NCBI GenBank assembly: GCA_003567655.1
Contig: PWZA01000022.1
Location: 1-55,469, forward strand
Direction of reading: 5' to 3'
Length of the DNA: 55,469 nt
DNA from: Dehalococcoidia bacterium
GTDB taxonomy: Bacteria; Chloroflexota; Dehalococcoidia; GIF9; AB-539-J10
The notes beneath the pieces were generated by a model. The model was not told the DNA's origin. It searched no databases and worked only from the letters and a program-made list of their open reading frames with translations. Both the position numbers and the translations under genes were made by a program. Positions 29,833 through 39,019 of this stretch are shown here, piece by piece (the first letter of the stretch is position 1; every line of letters starts with the position of its first letter).

Positions 29833-30642
29833 TTAGCCATGATAAAGTGCCCGGAACAACCCCAGATACCAGTCGAGCATCGTGGTGCCGAACAGTATGG
29901 TGGCTATAGCAGCCAGTGAGAGAAATGGCCCGAAAGGGATGCCTTCCTTTCGCCTCCTTTTCTTGAACAGGAGTAGAACCAAGGCAACGACGCCTCCAAG
30001 GATTATGGCCAGGAGTAGGGCAACGAGTATGAGGGGGAACCCGGTAACCAGTCCTATCAGTGCCGCCATCTTGACGTCTCCCCAGCCCATACCACCGCGA
30101 GACACCAGTGCAATGAGGAGCAGTATGCCGAAGCCTACTCCTGCTCCCAGCGCAGCACTGGCGAGCCTGTCAACCATGCGATCCGCAAGCCAGGGATGAG
30201 GTATCAGGGTTAGAAGCAGAGCCACAACCATGCCGGGATAGATCACCTTGTTGAGAATCAGTTGGTGCTCCAGGTCAATCACGAAGATCACGATAAATAG
30301 ACAGGCATAGAAGGCCATGACCGCGAAAGCCACGATGCCCAGGTCAGGATTCAGCACGATGCACCACCAGTAGAGGAACGCGAAAACTCCGCCCGTTGCC
30401 AGTTCCACCCACAGTGACCTGGGCGATACCGTGCATCCACAGTATCGACAGCGACCGCGCAGTCTGAGATAGCTGAGTATAGGGATGAGGTCCTTGAAGA
30501 CCAGTCTGTGCTGGCAGGACTCGCAGTGAGAAGGGGGCTTTACAACGGACTCGTTTCTGGGCAGGCGATCAATGCATACCCCGAGGAAGCTGCCTATTGC
30601 CAGACCGATACAGGCAAACAAGAGCATCCACAGTGTTTCCAT
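29833..30642 (-). CDS. pilD: Prepilin peptidase, bacterial PilD type (peptidase A24 with N-terminal Cys-rich domain)
   Basis: The Cys motif is CESCQHRL...GRCRYCGCTV. The catalytic Asp contexts IFVIDLEH and GMGWGDVKMAALIG are present. ATG 30642 is preferred over TTG 30678. Confidence 0.88.
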   Translation of the reverse strand: METLWMLLFACIGLAIGSFLGVCIDRLPRNESVVKPPSHCESCQHRLVFKDLIPILSYLRLRGRCRYCGCTVSPRSLWVELATGGVFAFLYWWCIVLNPDLGIVAFAVMAFYACLFIVIFVIDLEHQLILNKVIYPGMVVALLLTLIPHPWLADRMVDRLASAALGAGVGFGILLLIALVSRGGMGWGDVKMAALIGLVTGFPLILVALLLAIILGGVVALVLLLFKKRRRKEGIPFGPFLSLAAIATILFGTTMLDWYLGLFRALYHG

Positions 30643-30725
30643 GGCGGCTATTGTGGACGCTTTTGACGATCCAGTCAATAGTGTATAGGGAGTACGATAA
30701 AAGGACTGTCAGATATGCGGCGCTG

Positions 30726-31022
30726 TTAGCTGGCCCTGTTTTTCAGTATGTCCGTGAGTTTGAGGAAGAGCAGCAATAGGGACGCCATGACCAGAAGATA
30801 GGAGCACAGCCAGATGACGGTCATCTCGGCAGTTCCTATTGAGTAGCCCATGAGTAGCAGTGTATAGGGTATCGCAAGGAGCGCCCAGCCTGTAGCCATG
30901 ACAATCCACAGGGTCCATCGCTGACCGGTTCTCTTGATGGTCAACAGGTATCCGAGTGCGGACAATGCTGCAATGAGCCAGGTAAACCCGAAATTGACGA
31001 GGTTCACTGTGAGTGCGCTCAT
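30726..31022 (-). CDS. Small 3-TM membrane protein, unknown function
   Basis: The 98-aa protein has three hydrophobic helices. It lies co-directionally between the acidic protein gene and pilD. No family was recognised. Confidence 0.5.
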   Translation of the reverse strand: MSALTVNLVNFGFTWLIAALSALGYLLTIKRTGQRWTLWIVMATGWALLAIPYTLLLMGYSIGTAEMTVIWLCSYLLVMASLLLLFLKLTDILKNRAS

Positions 31023-31142
31023 ACTACGGTTCCTCCTTTCGACACTGTATATTTGCTGATGCTATGGTTCGGTTCATCGAGGCCGGGTATGGATGACGGG
31101 CTTCGTTCCGTCGAACACAGCCCGGTCATGCCATCAACCGGC

Positions 31143-32180
31143 TCAACGATCGGATCTCTTTAACCTGTCAAGCAATTCCATTCCTTTCTGCAATATTTCG
31201 CTGACATCGACATCCTCCACTTCGTCGGCCAGCTTGTTGCTTTGCGTGTCTTCAGAAGAACTCCTGGCGAACAGATCGGAGAGGTCGCCCATGCTTTGCT
31301 TCTCTGCATCAGGCGTCTCCTCATCGGTTTCGTCTGAATCCATTTCTGCTGCTGGCCTCTCCGCACCGGGCTGCTCCTGATCCGCTGCGGGCTCGGCGCC
31401 TTCGCTTGTGTCGCTCTCGCTTGTTAGGGAAGAGGTCTCTGTACTCTGTGACTGTTCTTCTCTCTCTCCGCTCGAGGCCGGACTTACCGGCATCGGGTCG
31501 CTAGTTTCTTGCTTCACTTCACTCTCAGCTCCTGTATCCATCTCAGCTTCGGTCTCGTCCTTCGTATGAACTGCTTCTGGAGTACGTGTCGGGGTGGCCT
31601 CCTCTGCTGTCGGGCCTTCTTTGCCCTGCGAAGGTTCTTGAGTGGTTTCCTGTTGTCTCAGCATATCGGTGTCGGCAGAGGTTACGTCTGGCTCATCGGT
31701 AGGCAAGACATCGTCCACGGATTCGTCCTCCGGTTCTGTCGGCGGCTTCGAGCTCTCCTGCAACGCAGGTTCTTTAAGCTGGGCCCCTTCGTAACCCCGG
31801 TGATCACTGAGTCGTATCAACTTGATACTCCTGATGACCGACCACCATCTTACAACCGTCGCAAGTGCCGAACTCTTTGCCCGTAGTAAGCCGGGCATAG
31901 CTAGCTGAGTTGGCGAGTCCATCCTCGAAGCCCTCTCTGTTTCATGAAGGGCCCGTCTCCGTATGAAGCGCGTGAACCGACCCTCGGAGGTGGGACGCAG
32001 TTCGACCTTTGATTTACGGACGGATTGTTTCGGTTCTCTTTCAGTTTCAACCGCGAGCTCCCGGGCACGTTTCGAGGAAGGAAGCCTCAGCAAGTAGCTT
32101 ATTGTCAGTGTGATAACGGTCAGTGCTCCCGCAAGGATCACCATGTAGGAGAAGAGTATTCCGATCATTGCTGTGTCCAT
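31143..32180 (-). CDS. Single-pass membrane protein with basic juxtamembrane segment and ~200-aa highly acidic low-complexity region
   Basis: The N-terminal TM helix is IGILFSYMVILAGALTVITLTISYLL, followed by an R/K-rich stretch and then a long D/E/T/S/P-rich region. It lies 32 nt downstream of arlJ. No family was recognised. Confidence 0.55.
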   Translation of the reverse strand: MDTAMIGILFSYMVILAGALTVITLTISYLLRLPSSKRARELAVETEREPKQSVRKSKVELRPTSEGRFTRFIRRRALHETERASRMDSPTQLAMPGLLRAKSSALATVVRWWSVIRSIKLIRLSDHRGYEGAQLKEPALQESSKPPTEPEDESVDDVLPTDEPDVTSADTDMLRQQETTQEPSQGKEGPTAEEATPTRTPEAVHTKDETEAEMDTGAESEVKQETSDPMPVSPASSGEREEQSQSTETSSLTSESDTSEGAEPAADQEQPGAERPAAEMDSDETDEETPDAEKQSMGDLSDLFARSSSEDTQSNKLADEVEDVDVSEILQKGMELLDRLKRSDR

Positions 32181-32212
32181 AATCAGTCCTGTCTATTGTC
32201 CATTTTCGCTTC

Positions 32213-33715
32213 TTAGAGCATGCCGAACAGCATGTGTACTGTTGAGGGCGCGACGGTGATGACCACACCTGATATCGCTCCCGTCAGGCCGATGTAGAAG
32301 AAGAGTTTCTTTGGATGCCCCCCGCTGATGGAGTACATGGCGAAGGCATTGGCAAAGGTCAGTATGAAGACGATCGTCATGACCATGAAATAGAGGATCT
32401 CGATGTGCAGTGAGTCAGTGCCGAACAGGCCGAACGACGTCATCCCTGGCATTACGCCTTCCTGGAAACCTTCATCCGGCATGAGCCTCTGTACAAGATG
32501 ATAGAAGGTAAGGAAGACAGAGTAGACGAATACCGCAAGTGTGGTAAGCACCGCGTGCATAACTACCGTCAGCCAGGTGAATCCAGCCGATATCTGGCTC
32601 CGTTGTGCTCGCAAGAGAGACACCTTAAGAGCGAAGGCACTCGCTTCATTACCTACTTCCTGTGGCTCACCCCCCAGTGAAATCCCGTCCCAGAATGTGG
32701 TCACACTCCGGTTTATGAGCTCAGAGCCAGTTTCTCCGACAAATCTTCTCCAGCAGGTGTAAGGGGTAATGCCAGCAACGAGGCGAGTATGGAGGAGACT
32801 TACCTCTTCCTTCAGTATGCCTAGGGAGCGGAAGTCTATTCGACTGATAGCCTCGGCGGCGGTGGCTCCTATGGCCTGCATCACTCCCCCGAGAGAGCGG
32901 AGGAAAGCGGCTATATCATCGTCTCGCTGTGCCACCCTTCTATCATCCAGCATGACAACGACACCTACCGCAAGCAGAAAGAGGCTGGCGATGATGATGA
33001 CATTGCCCAGATCAGCTCCCAGCACAAGCAGCGATATTACAACAATGCCTCCTATGGGAAAGACTAGCTTCGCCAGATTAATGGCAAAGTCCTGCTCTTT
33101 GGAGTGGATGGGCAGCGAATGAATCTTGACTTCTCGGGGCGCCGTGCGGTACAGAAACCAGACCCCTGTGAGGGTCACCCCGATGGTGAGGGCCGCCATT
33201 GAGAACAGAAACGGGAGTGTGATGTTTCCGATCATCATGGTCACTACTATCATGACGGTGACCAGGGCCGACGTAAGGATCAACGACACGTATGCGTCGG
33301 ACCACTTCTTCAGGATGTCAAGCTTCCGTTCATAGCTGTTGCCGTAGGAGTCGGAGAGAATCGCTGACTCACGGGATAGGAAAGCTGCGATATCCTCCCC
33401 TGAAGCCAGGGCGCCTGACATTCGTAGCAGAAGGGCTTTGATGGCCGGTTCCCTGGTCTTCTCGCCCACGATGCGGCATGCCTGTGAATAGTCGTGGTTG
33501 AACATCTTGGCAACGAAGTCAACCCTTCTGAAATAGCGGGTAGCTATGTAGGGTAGTTTGGCAGCTTGGTAGAAGAGCCCGCTTCTAGATATGCCGGATG
33601 TTGCGATTGCCGCCATGTATGCCAACTGGCAGAAGAAGTCGACCTCCAATAGTTCGCTATCGAAGCTGTCGGACTTCTGTTTCGCCTTCTTCTTACCGAA
33701 CCGAGGCAACTGCAT
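32213..33715 (-). CDS. arlJ: Archaellum platform membrane protein ArlJ (FlaJ; T2SS-F family)
   Basis: The 500-aa polytopic protein has two cytoplasmic T2SSF-like helical domains (FFCQLAYMAAIATSGISRSGLF...; FLRSLGGVMQAIGATAAEAI). Its start overlaps the arlI stop by 1 nt. Confidence 0.85.
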   Translation of the reverse strand: MQLPRFGKKKAKQKSDSFDSELLEVDFFCQLAYMAAIATSGISRSGLFYQAAKLPYIATRYFRRVDFVAKMFNHDYSQACRIVGEKTREPAIKALLLRMSGALASGEDIAAFLSRESAILSDSYGNSYERKLDILKKWSDAYVSLILTSALVTVMIVVTMMIGNITLPFLFSMAALTIGVTLTGVWFLYRTAPREVKIHSLPIHSKEQDFAINLAKLVFPIGGIVVISLLVLGADLGNVIIIASLFLLAVGVVVMLDDRRVAQRDDDIAAFLRSLGGVMQAIGATAAEAISRIDFRSLGILKEEVSLLHTRLVAGITPYTCWRRFVGETGSELINRSVTTFWDGISLGGEPQEVGNEASAFALKVSLLRAQRSQISAGFTWLTVVMHAVLTTLAVFVYSVFLTFYHLVQRLMPDEGFQEGVMPGMTSFGLFGTDSLHIEILYFMVMTIVFILTFANAFAMYSISGGHPKKLFFYIGLTGAISGVVITVAPSTVHMLFGML

Positions 33716-35451
33716 TAGAAGAGCCCCTCTCTCTGCGCTTTTGACAATACCTCAAGGACCTCGTAGAATCCTGTGACCTTCTTCTCTCTGTGTAGCCTGG
33801 CCAGTATGTTGGCCCGCCTCTCTAACTCCGTGTATATGGCCCGCTTATTATTGGCCTGTATACCGAGCCTGGGGGCTACCTTGTACTCCAGGACGTAGCT
33901 GATCATATAGCCGGTAAACTCGAAGACATCCTTTTCCTGGTCCCACTTGAAGCTTTCCACGAATGAGAATGAGTCCAGCGCGGGATCATAGTTCACGATT
34001 TCTGCGATGCCTGTGACCCGTCTCCCCGTTCTTCCTCCGGGCAATTTGACCTGGCTGGTGAGGATGACTACATTGAGGTTATCCACATAGTTCTTCGGCA
34101 CCAGTATGGGGTCGCCGGTGATCCGCTGAACGAGCTTTTCCACGGACGCCGCATGAAATGTGGCCATGACTGAGTGACCGGTTTGCATCGCCTGGAAGGC
34201 TATGTTGCCTTCGGCACCGCGTATCTCACCCACCAGTATTTCATTGGGTCTCTGGCGCAGTGCTGCCTTCAGTAGGTCGAACATGCTGACCGCCCCACTG
34301 GTGTCATCGGTTCTGGTTGTCTGGGCCACCTCTCTGATCCAGTTCTTATGGGGCACCTGCAACTCCGGAGTGTCCTCCAGAGTTAGCACCTTTGATAGAG
34401 GCGGTATAAAGGTGGTTACGGCGTTGAGCAACGTTGTCTTGCCGGAGGCGGTTTCGCCTGAGACGAACACGTTCATCCCCGAGCCTATGACCAGTGACAA
34501 ATACGCCAGCATGTCATAGTTCAGAGTGCCGAACTCCAGCAATTCGAATATGGAGAGAGGGGTTTCGCTGAACTTACGGATACTGAAGTTGGAGCCGCGC
34601 CTTGAGACTTCCTTGCCGTAGACGATGTTTATCCGTGACCCGTCCGGAAGGGTGGCATCGGCTATAGGCCTCTTGTAGTTGACCGGCTTCTTTACCCGTT
34701 CAGATAACCAGAGCACGAATTCGTCGAGCTCTTCGTAGGCGGAGAATTTGATTGTGCTCTTGAGGCTTTTGAAGATCTTGTGTTCAACGAATATGTTTCC
34801 CATGCCTGAACAGCTGATATCCTCGATATAGGGGTCCAGCATCAAGGGGTCCAGGACTCCCACGCCGAGCTTGTCCCGGACAAACAGGTACCTGAGCGCG
34901 TCCAGTTCTCTTGATGTGACTCGGATCTTGGAAACGGCAATGCCGTCCTTACGAAGAAAGCCTACAGTGTTATCGAGGAAGCTCGGAAGCGGCTGGTCGT
35001 CGACGCTGGTCACCATATCGAGCAGGTCCAGAAGCTGTGCTTCCCTGTCCCCCGCGAGATCGAGGTGCGGAAGCTTCTTGCGGAGTTCCAGGAGCTTGAT
35101 TTCTATACGCTGCATCAGCGGGTTAAGGCCGGCGGTTAGCGGCTCTATGGGTATGTAACGGTTTCTCACGTCATCATCGTCAGATAAGATATGGATGAAG
35201 ACATTCTTGCTGCGAATGGGGTAGATGTAATTGGGTTGCTTGTTGTCGCCCAGTTGGCGAGAGGGCTCGGGCACGAACTCGGGCATCCCTATCTCTGATA
35301 TTGGTAGGCCGCTCACATAATCCAGCACATGCGGGTGCTCTGCGCAAACTGACCTCAAGGGTTCCGGTAGTGCCTCTGCCACGGCGTGGTTTGGCGTACC
35401 GAGGTCTTCCCTGGTTACTGTTTCGACCGTAGAAACGGAAGTCGCCGTCAT
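33715..35451 (-). CDS. arlI: Archaellum motor/assembly ATPase ArlI (FlaI), paralog 1
   Basis: It has Walker A GETASGKTT, the Asp box LTLEDTPEL, Walker B ILVGEIRGAE and the His box ATFHA. The size (578 aa) and N-terminal domain are FlaI-like. Confidence 0.9.
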   Translation of the reverse strand: MTATSVSTVETVTREDLGTPNHAVAEALPEPLRSVCAEHPHVLDYVSGLPISEIGMPEFVPEPSRQLGDNKQPNYIYPIRSKNVFIHILSDDDDVRNRYIPIEPLTAGLNPLMQRIEIKLLELRKKLPHLDLAGDREAQLLDLLDMVTSVDDQPLPSFLDNTVGFLRKDGIAVSKIRVTSRELDALRYLFVRDKLGVGVLDPLMLDPYIEDISCSGMGNIFVEHKIFKSLKSTIKFSAYEELDEFVLWLSERVKKPVNYKRPIADATLPDGSRINIVYGKEVSRRGSNFSIRKFSETPLSIFELLEFGTLNYDMLAYLSLVIGSGMNVFVSGETASGKTTLLNAVTTFIPPLSKVLTLEDTPELQVPHKNWIREVAQTTRTDDTSGAVSMFDLLKAALRQRPNEILVGEIRGAEGNIAFQAMQTGHSVMATFHAASVEKLVQRITGDPILVPKNYVDNLNVVILTSQVKLPGGRTGRRVTGIAEIVNYDPALDSFSFVESFKWDQEKDVFEFTGYMISYVLEYKVAPRLGIQANNKRAIYTELERRANILARLHREKKVTGFYEVLEVLSKAQREGLF

Positions 35452-35474
35452 AGTAGTTTTCCCGGCTTGCCCTG

Positions 35475-37217
35475 CTAGAACAAGCCCTCCTTCTGCGCCC
35501 TGCTGAGCACGTCCAGCACCTCGTAGAAGCCGGTAACTCCTTTTTCCTTGTGCAGTCTCTCAAGGATGGTAGCCCTCTTCTGTACTTCGGCATATATCCG
35601 CGTCTTCTGATTGGCGGGAATGCCTAGCATTAGTGCGATCTTGAATTCCATGATATAGCTGGTCATATAGCCGGTGAACTCGTAGCTATCGGTTGCCTGG
35701 TCAAATCTGAAGGCCTCTGCAATGTTGAAGGATTTCGACAGGGAGTCCCAGCCTACTATCTCGGCGATGCTGGTCACACGACGTCCTATCTTTCCGTTTG
35801 GTAGGCGCACTATGCCCATCAGTACGGCAATATTCAGGTTGTCGATGTAGGTCGTGGGTACATTGATCGGATCTCCTGTAATGCGTTGGATGAGTTTCTC
35901 AATGGAGGCGGCGTGAAAGGTGGCCATCACCGAGCGTCCTGTCTGCATAGCCTGGAAGGCTATGTTTCCTTCTTTGCCCCTGATCTCTCCGACGATGATC
36001 TCGTTCGGTCGCTGCCGAAGGGCGGCCTTTAGGAGATCGAATGTAGTTACCGCGCCGCTGGTATCATCTGAACGTGTGGTCTGGACCACTTCCCTGATCC
36101 AGTTCTGGTGCGGCACCTGCAGTTCCGGAGTGTCCTCGATAGATATGACCTTGGCGCGCGGCGGGATGAACACCGTGAGGGCGTTTAGCAGGGCGGTCTT
36201 GCCCGATGCCGACTCGCCCGAGACGAAGATGTTCATTCCGTTACTGACCGCGAGTGAAAGGTATGCCAGCATCTGATAGTCGACGGTGCCGAATTCGACC
36301 ATGTCGAATATCGAGAGAGGAACCTCGCTGAACTTGCGAACACTGAAGTTAGAGCCGCGCTTGGAAACGTCCCGACCGAAGACGATGTTGATCCGTGATC
36401 CGTCCGGCAGCGTGGCATCGGCAATCGGTTTCCTATAGGTAATCGGCTGCCTGACACGCTCAGCCAGTCGGATGACGAAATCGTCGAGTTCGTCGAGATT
36501 CGAGAAGACTATGGTGCTCTTGAGGCTCTTGAAGATCTTGTGTTCAACGAATACCGCTCCCAGCCCGGAGCAGCTTATGTCCTCGATATAGGGGTCGAGA
36601 ATCAGCGCATCCAGAAGGCCCATGCGCACCTTGTCTCTGATGAAGAGGTATTTGATCCCGGCTAGCTCTCGCTGGTTGACCTTGATCTTGGGAACTGTGA
36701 TGTCGTCACTGCGGCGTAGGAAATGAAGATACTTCTCGAGCACGCCGGGAGGGGCGATCTCCTGCTCGGTCGTGACCTGGTCGACGTATGAGAGAAGGTG
36801 CTCTTTTCTGTCATGGTCGGGGTTGATGCCCGGAATGTTCTCGCTGACGGCTATGCAGGCGTCCTCGACTTCTCTCATCAGCCCGCTGAGGTCCAGACTT
36901 GTAGTTGGCTCGATCGGAATGTAGTTGTGCCTGTCACCGCTATCGTCGTGTAATATGTGGATGAAGATCCCGTCTGTGCCGGCAGGATAGACGAGGTTCG
37001 GTTCCGTGATATCGGCCATTTTCCTGGAGAGCACAGGCCGATAGTCGGGAATGCTGAATCCAGAAGCTCGCAAGCGGCTTATGTACTCCAGGAGGTGTGG
37101 GTGTTCTTCGCAAGCGGCTCTCAGTGCCTCATGTCGGATCTCTTCGAGCGACATGGTTTCGGAACTCCCGAGATCGGGAAGGCTCTCGATTATGGGTTGC
37201 GTTTCTACACTTGCCAT
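35475..37217 (-). CDS. arlI: Archaellum motor/assembly ATPase ArlI (FlaI), paralog 2
   Basis: It has Walker A GESASGKTA, ISIEDTPEL, IIVGEIRGKE and ATFHA. It is collinear with paralog 1 over the full length. The C-terminal two-thirds is highly similar and the N-terminal ~200 aa is diverged. Confidence 0.9.
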   Translation of the reverse strand: MASVETQPIIESLPDLGSSETMSLEEIRHEALRAACEEHPHLLEYISRLRASGFSIPDYRPVLSRKMADITEPNLVYPAGTDGIFIHILHDDSGDRHNYIPIEPTTSLDLSGLMREVEDACIAVSENIPGINPDHDRKEHLLSYVDQVTTEQEIAPPGVLEKYLHFLRRSDDITVPKIKVNQRELAGIKYLFIRDKVRMGLLDALILDPYIEDISCSGLGAVFVEHKIFKSLKSTIVFSNLDELDDFVIRLAERVRQPITYRKPIADATLPDGSRINIVFGRDVSKRGSNFSVRKFSEVPLSIFDMVEFGTVDYQMLAYLSLAVSNGMNIFVSGESASGKTALLNALTVFIPPRAKVISIEDTPELQVPHQNWIREVVQTTRSDDTSGAVTTFDLLKAALRQRPNEIIVGEIRGKEGNIAFQAMQTGRSVMATFHAASIEKLIQRITGDPINVPTTYIDNLNIAVLMGIVRLPNGKIGRRVTSIAEIVGWDSLSKSFNIAEAFRFDQATDSYEFTGYMTSYIMEFKIALMLGIPANQKTRIYAEVQKRATILERLHKEKGVTGFYEVLDVLSRAQKEGLF

Positions 37218-37278
37218 ATTTGATCTCGCTTTAGCATTCAGTCTGTCTACATCATTTGCGTAATAGCCGGCCGCTCGG

Positions 37279-37995
37279 CTAGGCCCTTGCTCTCGAGAGA
37301 GGCATAATCTTCATGCCTATCTGCGGCTCGACCTCGAAGGTTATTATGTTGCCTGTGGTTTGTGCGGCGCCCCTGACCTTTGCCACCTCCAGTGTCTTAA
37401 CCAGCTTGTCGCCGATCTTTTCGATCATCAGTCTGAGGTGGGCATCGGAGGCCGACCTCACACGCAGCAGGACGCGTGTATCGAGGGCATAGCTATGCAT
37501 TACGTTGATTATCGTCCGTCCCTGGTCGCAAAAGTACTTGCACCGCTCGATGTAGTGCATGATCTCGACATCGCTTACGATAGGTAGCATGGGGGTCAGC
37601 GAGTCCACTATGATGAGGCGGTGTTCGGTGTGTTGAGCAGTGGCATCGAGTATGGTAGGGAATGCATCGTTGGCTCGGTCCTTGAGTTGCGACGGCCGCA
37701 TGTAGTAGACCTTGACCCTGCCCAGGAGCAGATAATCAAGAATGTTCAGGCCCAGGCTGTCCATCTGCGTCATCAGGCTTTTCGTTGTGTTCTCGGTGGT
37801 GAAGAGAATCACCTGGTAGCCATCGTTCAGCGAGCCCCAGATCATCTGCTGACAGAAGACTGACTTACCGGAGTCAGATTCGCCCTCGACAAGGGTAAGT
37901 GAGCCTATGGGAAGACCCCCGCCCAGCCTCTTATCGATTTCGGAGTGTCCGGTTGAGATTATGTTCTTCTTTGCCTCTTCTGTCGCTGCTTCCAT
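37279..37995 (-). CDS. arlH: Archaellum KaiC/RecA-like ATP-binding protein ArlH (FlaH)
   Basis: It has the KaiC-like pattern STGHSEIDKRLGGGLPIGSLTLVEGESDSGKS and the Walker B-like RLIIVDSL. The ATG at 37995 lies 1 nt after the upstream stop. Confidence 0.8.
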   Translation of the reverse strand: MEAATEEAKKNIISTGHSEIDKRLGGGLPIGSLTLVEGESDSGKSVFCQQMIWGSLNDGYQVILFTTENTTKSLMTQMDSLGLNILDYLLLGRVKVYYMRPSQLKDRANDAFPTILDATAQHTEHRLIIVDSLTPMLPIVSDVEIMHYIERCKYFCDQGRTIINVMHSYALDTRVLLRVRSASDAHLRLMIEKIGDKLVKTLEVAKVRGAAQTTGNIITFEVEPQIGMKIMPLSRARA

Positions 37996-37996
37996 T

Positions 37997-38536
37997 CTAG
38001 TCTCCGTTGCCTTCACATTGGCTCTGGGCCCTGGTAACAAGGCACTGCGAGGTCACTCCGTTGGGCGTTGAGATGACTATCCTTACCGTCTCCCCGGCGG
38101 ATATCTCCGTCTCGGGGTTGACAACAACGGTCATTGCCTCGCTGGGATTGAGGATGTTCAGCCCAAAAACCTCCGGTGAGCCGTCGGTCATGAATATTCC
38201 GTCTACTGCCCACTCTCCGGGTTCGGGCGGTGATTCCTCTGCGTAGGTCAGATGGGAGGTGCCCCCGGATTGATACTGGATGATGACGTCCCACCTGGCA
38301 TAGTTACTGAGATCGGTGTTGCCCTGGTTCTGCACGGACAGTTCTATGGTTCCGCCATCGTAGTCATCCGCGGCGACCGCCTTGATCTCGGTCCGTCTCG
38401 TTTCGCTAGCCTGCACTTCCATGTCCTTCCAGGCATCGGTGAGGCTGTTGGCAGCATGGAATGTGCTGACTGTGACGGTCAGGGTACTCATGATGATGAG
38501 TGCCAGAGCGACAACCGATACCAGGATAGTATCCAT
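37997..38536 (-). CDS. ArlG/ArlF-family archaellum stator-like protein (N-terminal TM helix + beta-rich domain)
   Basis: The N-terminal helix is ILVSVVALALIIMSTLTVTV, followed by a beta-rich domain (IELSVQNQGNTDL...VVNPETEI). Its position after the other F/G-like gene and before arlH matches the euryarchaeal arlF-arlG-arlH order. Confidence 0.6.
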   Translation of the reverse strand: MDTILVSVVALALIIMSTLTVTVSTFHAANSLTDAWKDMEVQASETRRTEIKAVAADDYDGGTIELSVQNQGNTDLSNYARWDVIIQYQSGGTSHLTYAEESPPEPGEWAVDGIFMTDGSPEVFGLNILNPSEAMTVVVNPETEISAGETVRIVISTPNGVTSQCLVTRAQSQCEGNGD

Positions 38537-38539
38537 ATC

Positions 38540-39019
38540 TTACTCCATACTGAATGAGGTTTGGCTGGAGATTCCATTCGGCAGCACGATCTTGAACCAG
38601 TAGTTATCCTGTGGCAGCGGCTCCTCAAGGTTGATGGTAATCCTGTTCGTAACCGACTGTCCCCAGAAGCTGTAATTCCCCTCCAGTTGATAAGTCCAGT
38701 ACGGCAGCGCCGATCCTTCGTCTCCGTAAGGGATTCTTGACAGTTCGCCGTACCGGCCGAAGAAGACATCGCTGTTCTGAATCGCTCCGATCTGCGATGT
38801 ACCTACGTTCTTAACCCAGGCATCCACAGTGCTGTTGCTCCCGGCAGCGTGGATGATTTCCACTTGACTTCTGATACGGTCGCTTACAACAGTGACGGAG
38901 TCGCTTACTGCCTGACCTCCCCTCTCCACCGCCGGGTAGACTCCGTTGAATATGGCGAAGGACGCTACTACTCCGCCTATAATCAGCATAACCGTAACGA
39001 TTATCTTATCCATGGGCAT
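38540..39019 (-). CDS. ArlF/ArlG-family archaellum protein (N-terminal TM helix + beta-rich domain)
   Basis: The N-terminal helix is IIVTVMLIIGGVVASFAIF, followed by VEIIHAAGSNSTVDAWVKNVGTSQI, an archaellin-like beta-sandwich pattern. There is a 3-nt gap to the next gene. Confidence 0.6.
   Translation of the reverse strand: MPMDKIIVTVMLIIGGVVASFAIFNGVYPAVERGGQAVSDSVTVVSDRIRSQVEIIHAAGSNSTVDAWVKNVGTSQIGAIQNSDVFFGRYGELSRIPYGDEGSALPYWTYQLEGNYSFWGQSVTNRITINLEEPLPQDNYWFKIVLPNGISSQTSFSME

Noticed and set aside
26047-29909. About 15 plus-strand ORFs of 60-180 aa within or overlapping the 1229-aa NTPase gene.
   Set aside because: All are short and motif-free, and all sit inside one uninterrupted 3.7-kb minus-strand ORF with a clear P-loop. 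They are most simply explained as frame shadows.
35180-35593. A 137-aa minus-strand ORF bridging the junction of the two arlI genes.
   Set aside because: It is in a different frame overlapping both well-supported ATPase genes. Its sequence is Arg-rich and low-complexity, and it has no independent support.
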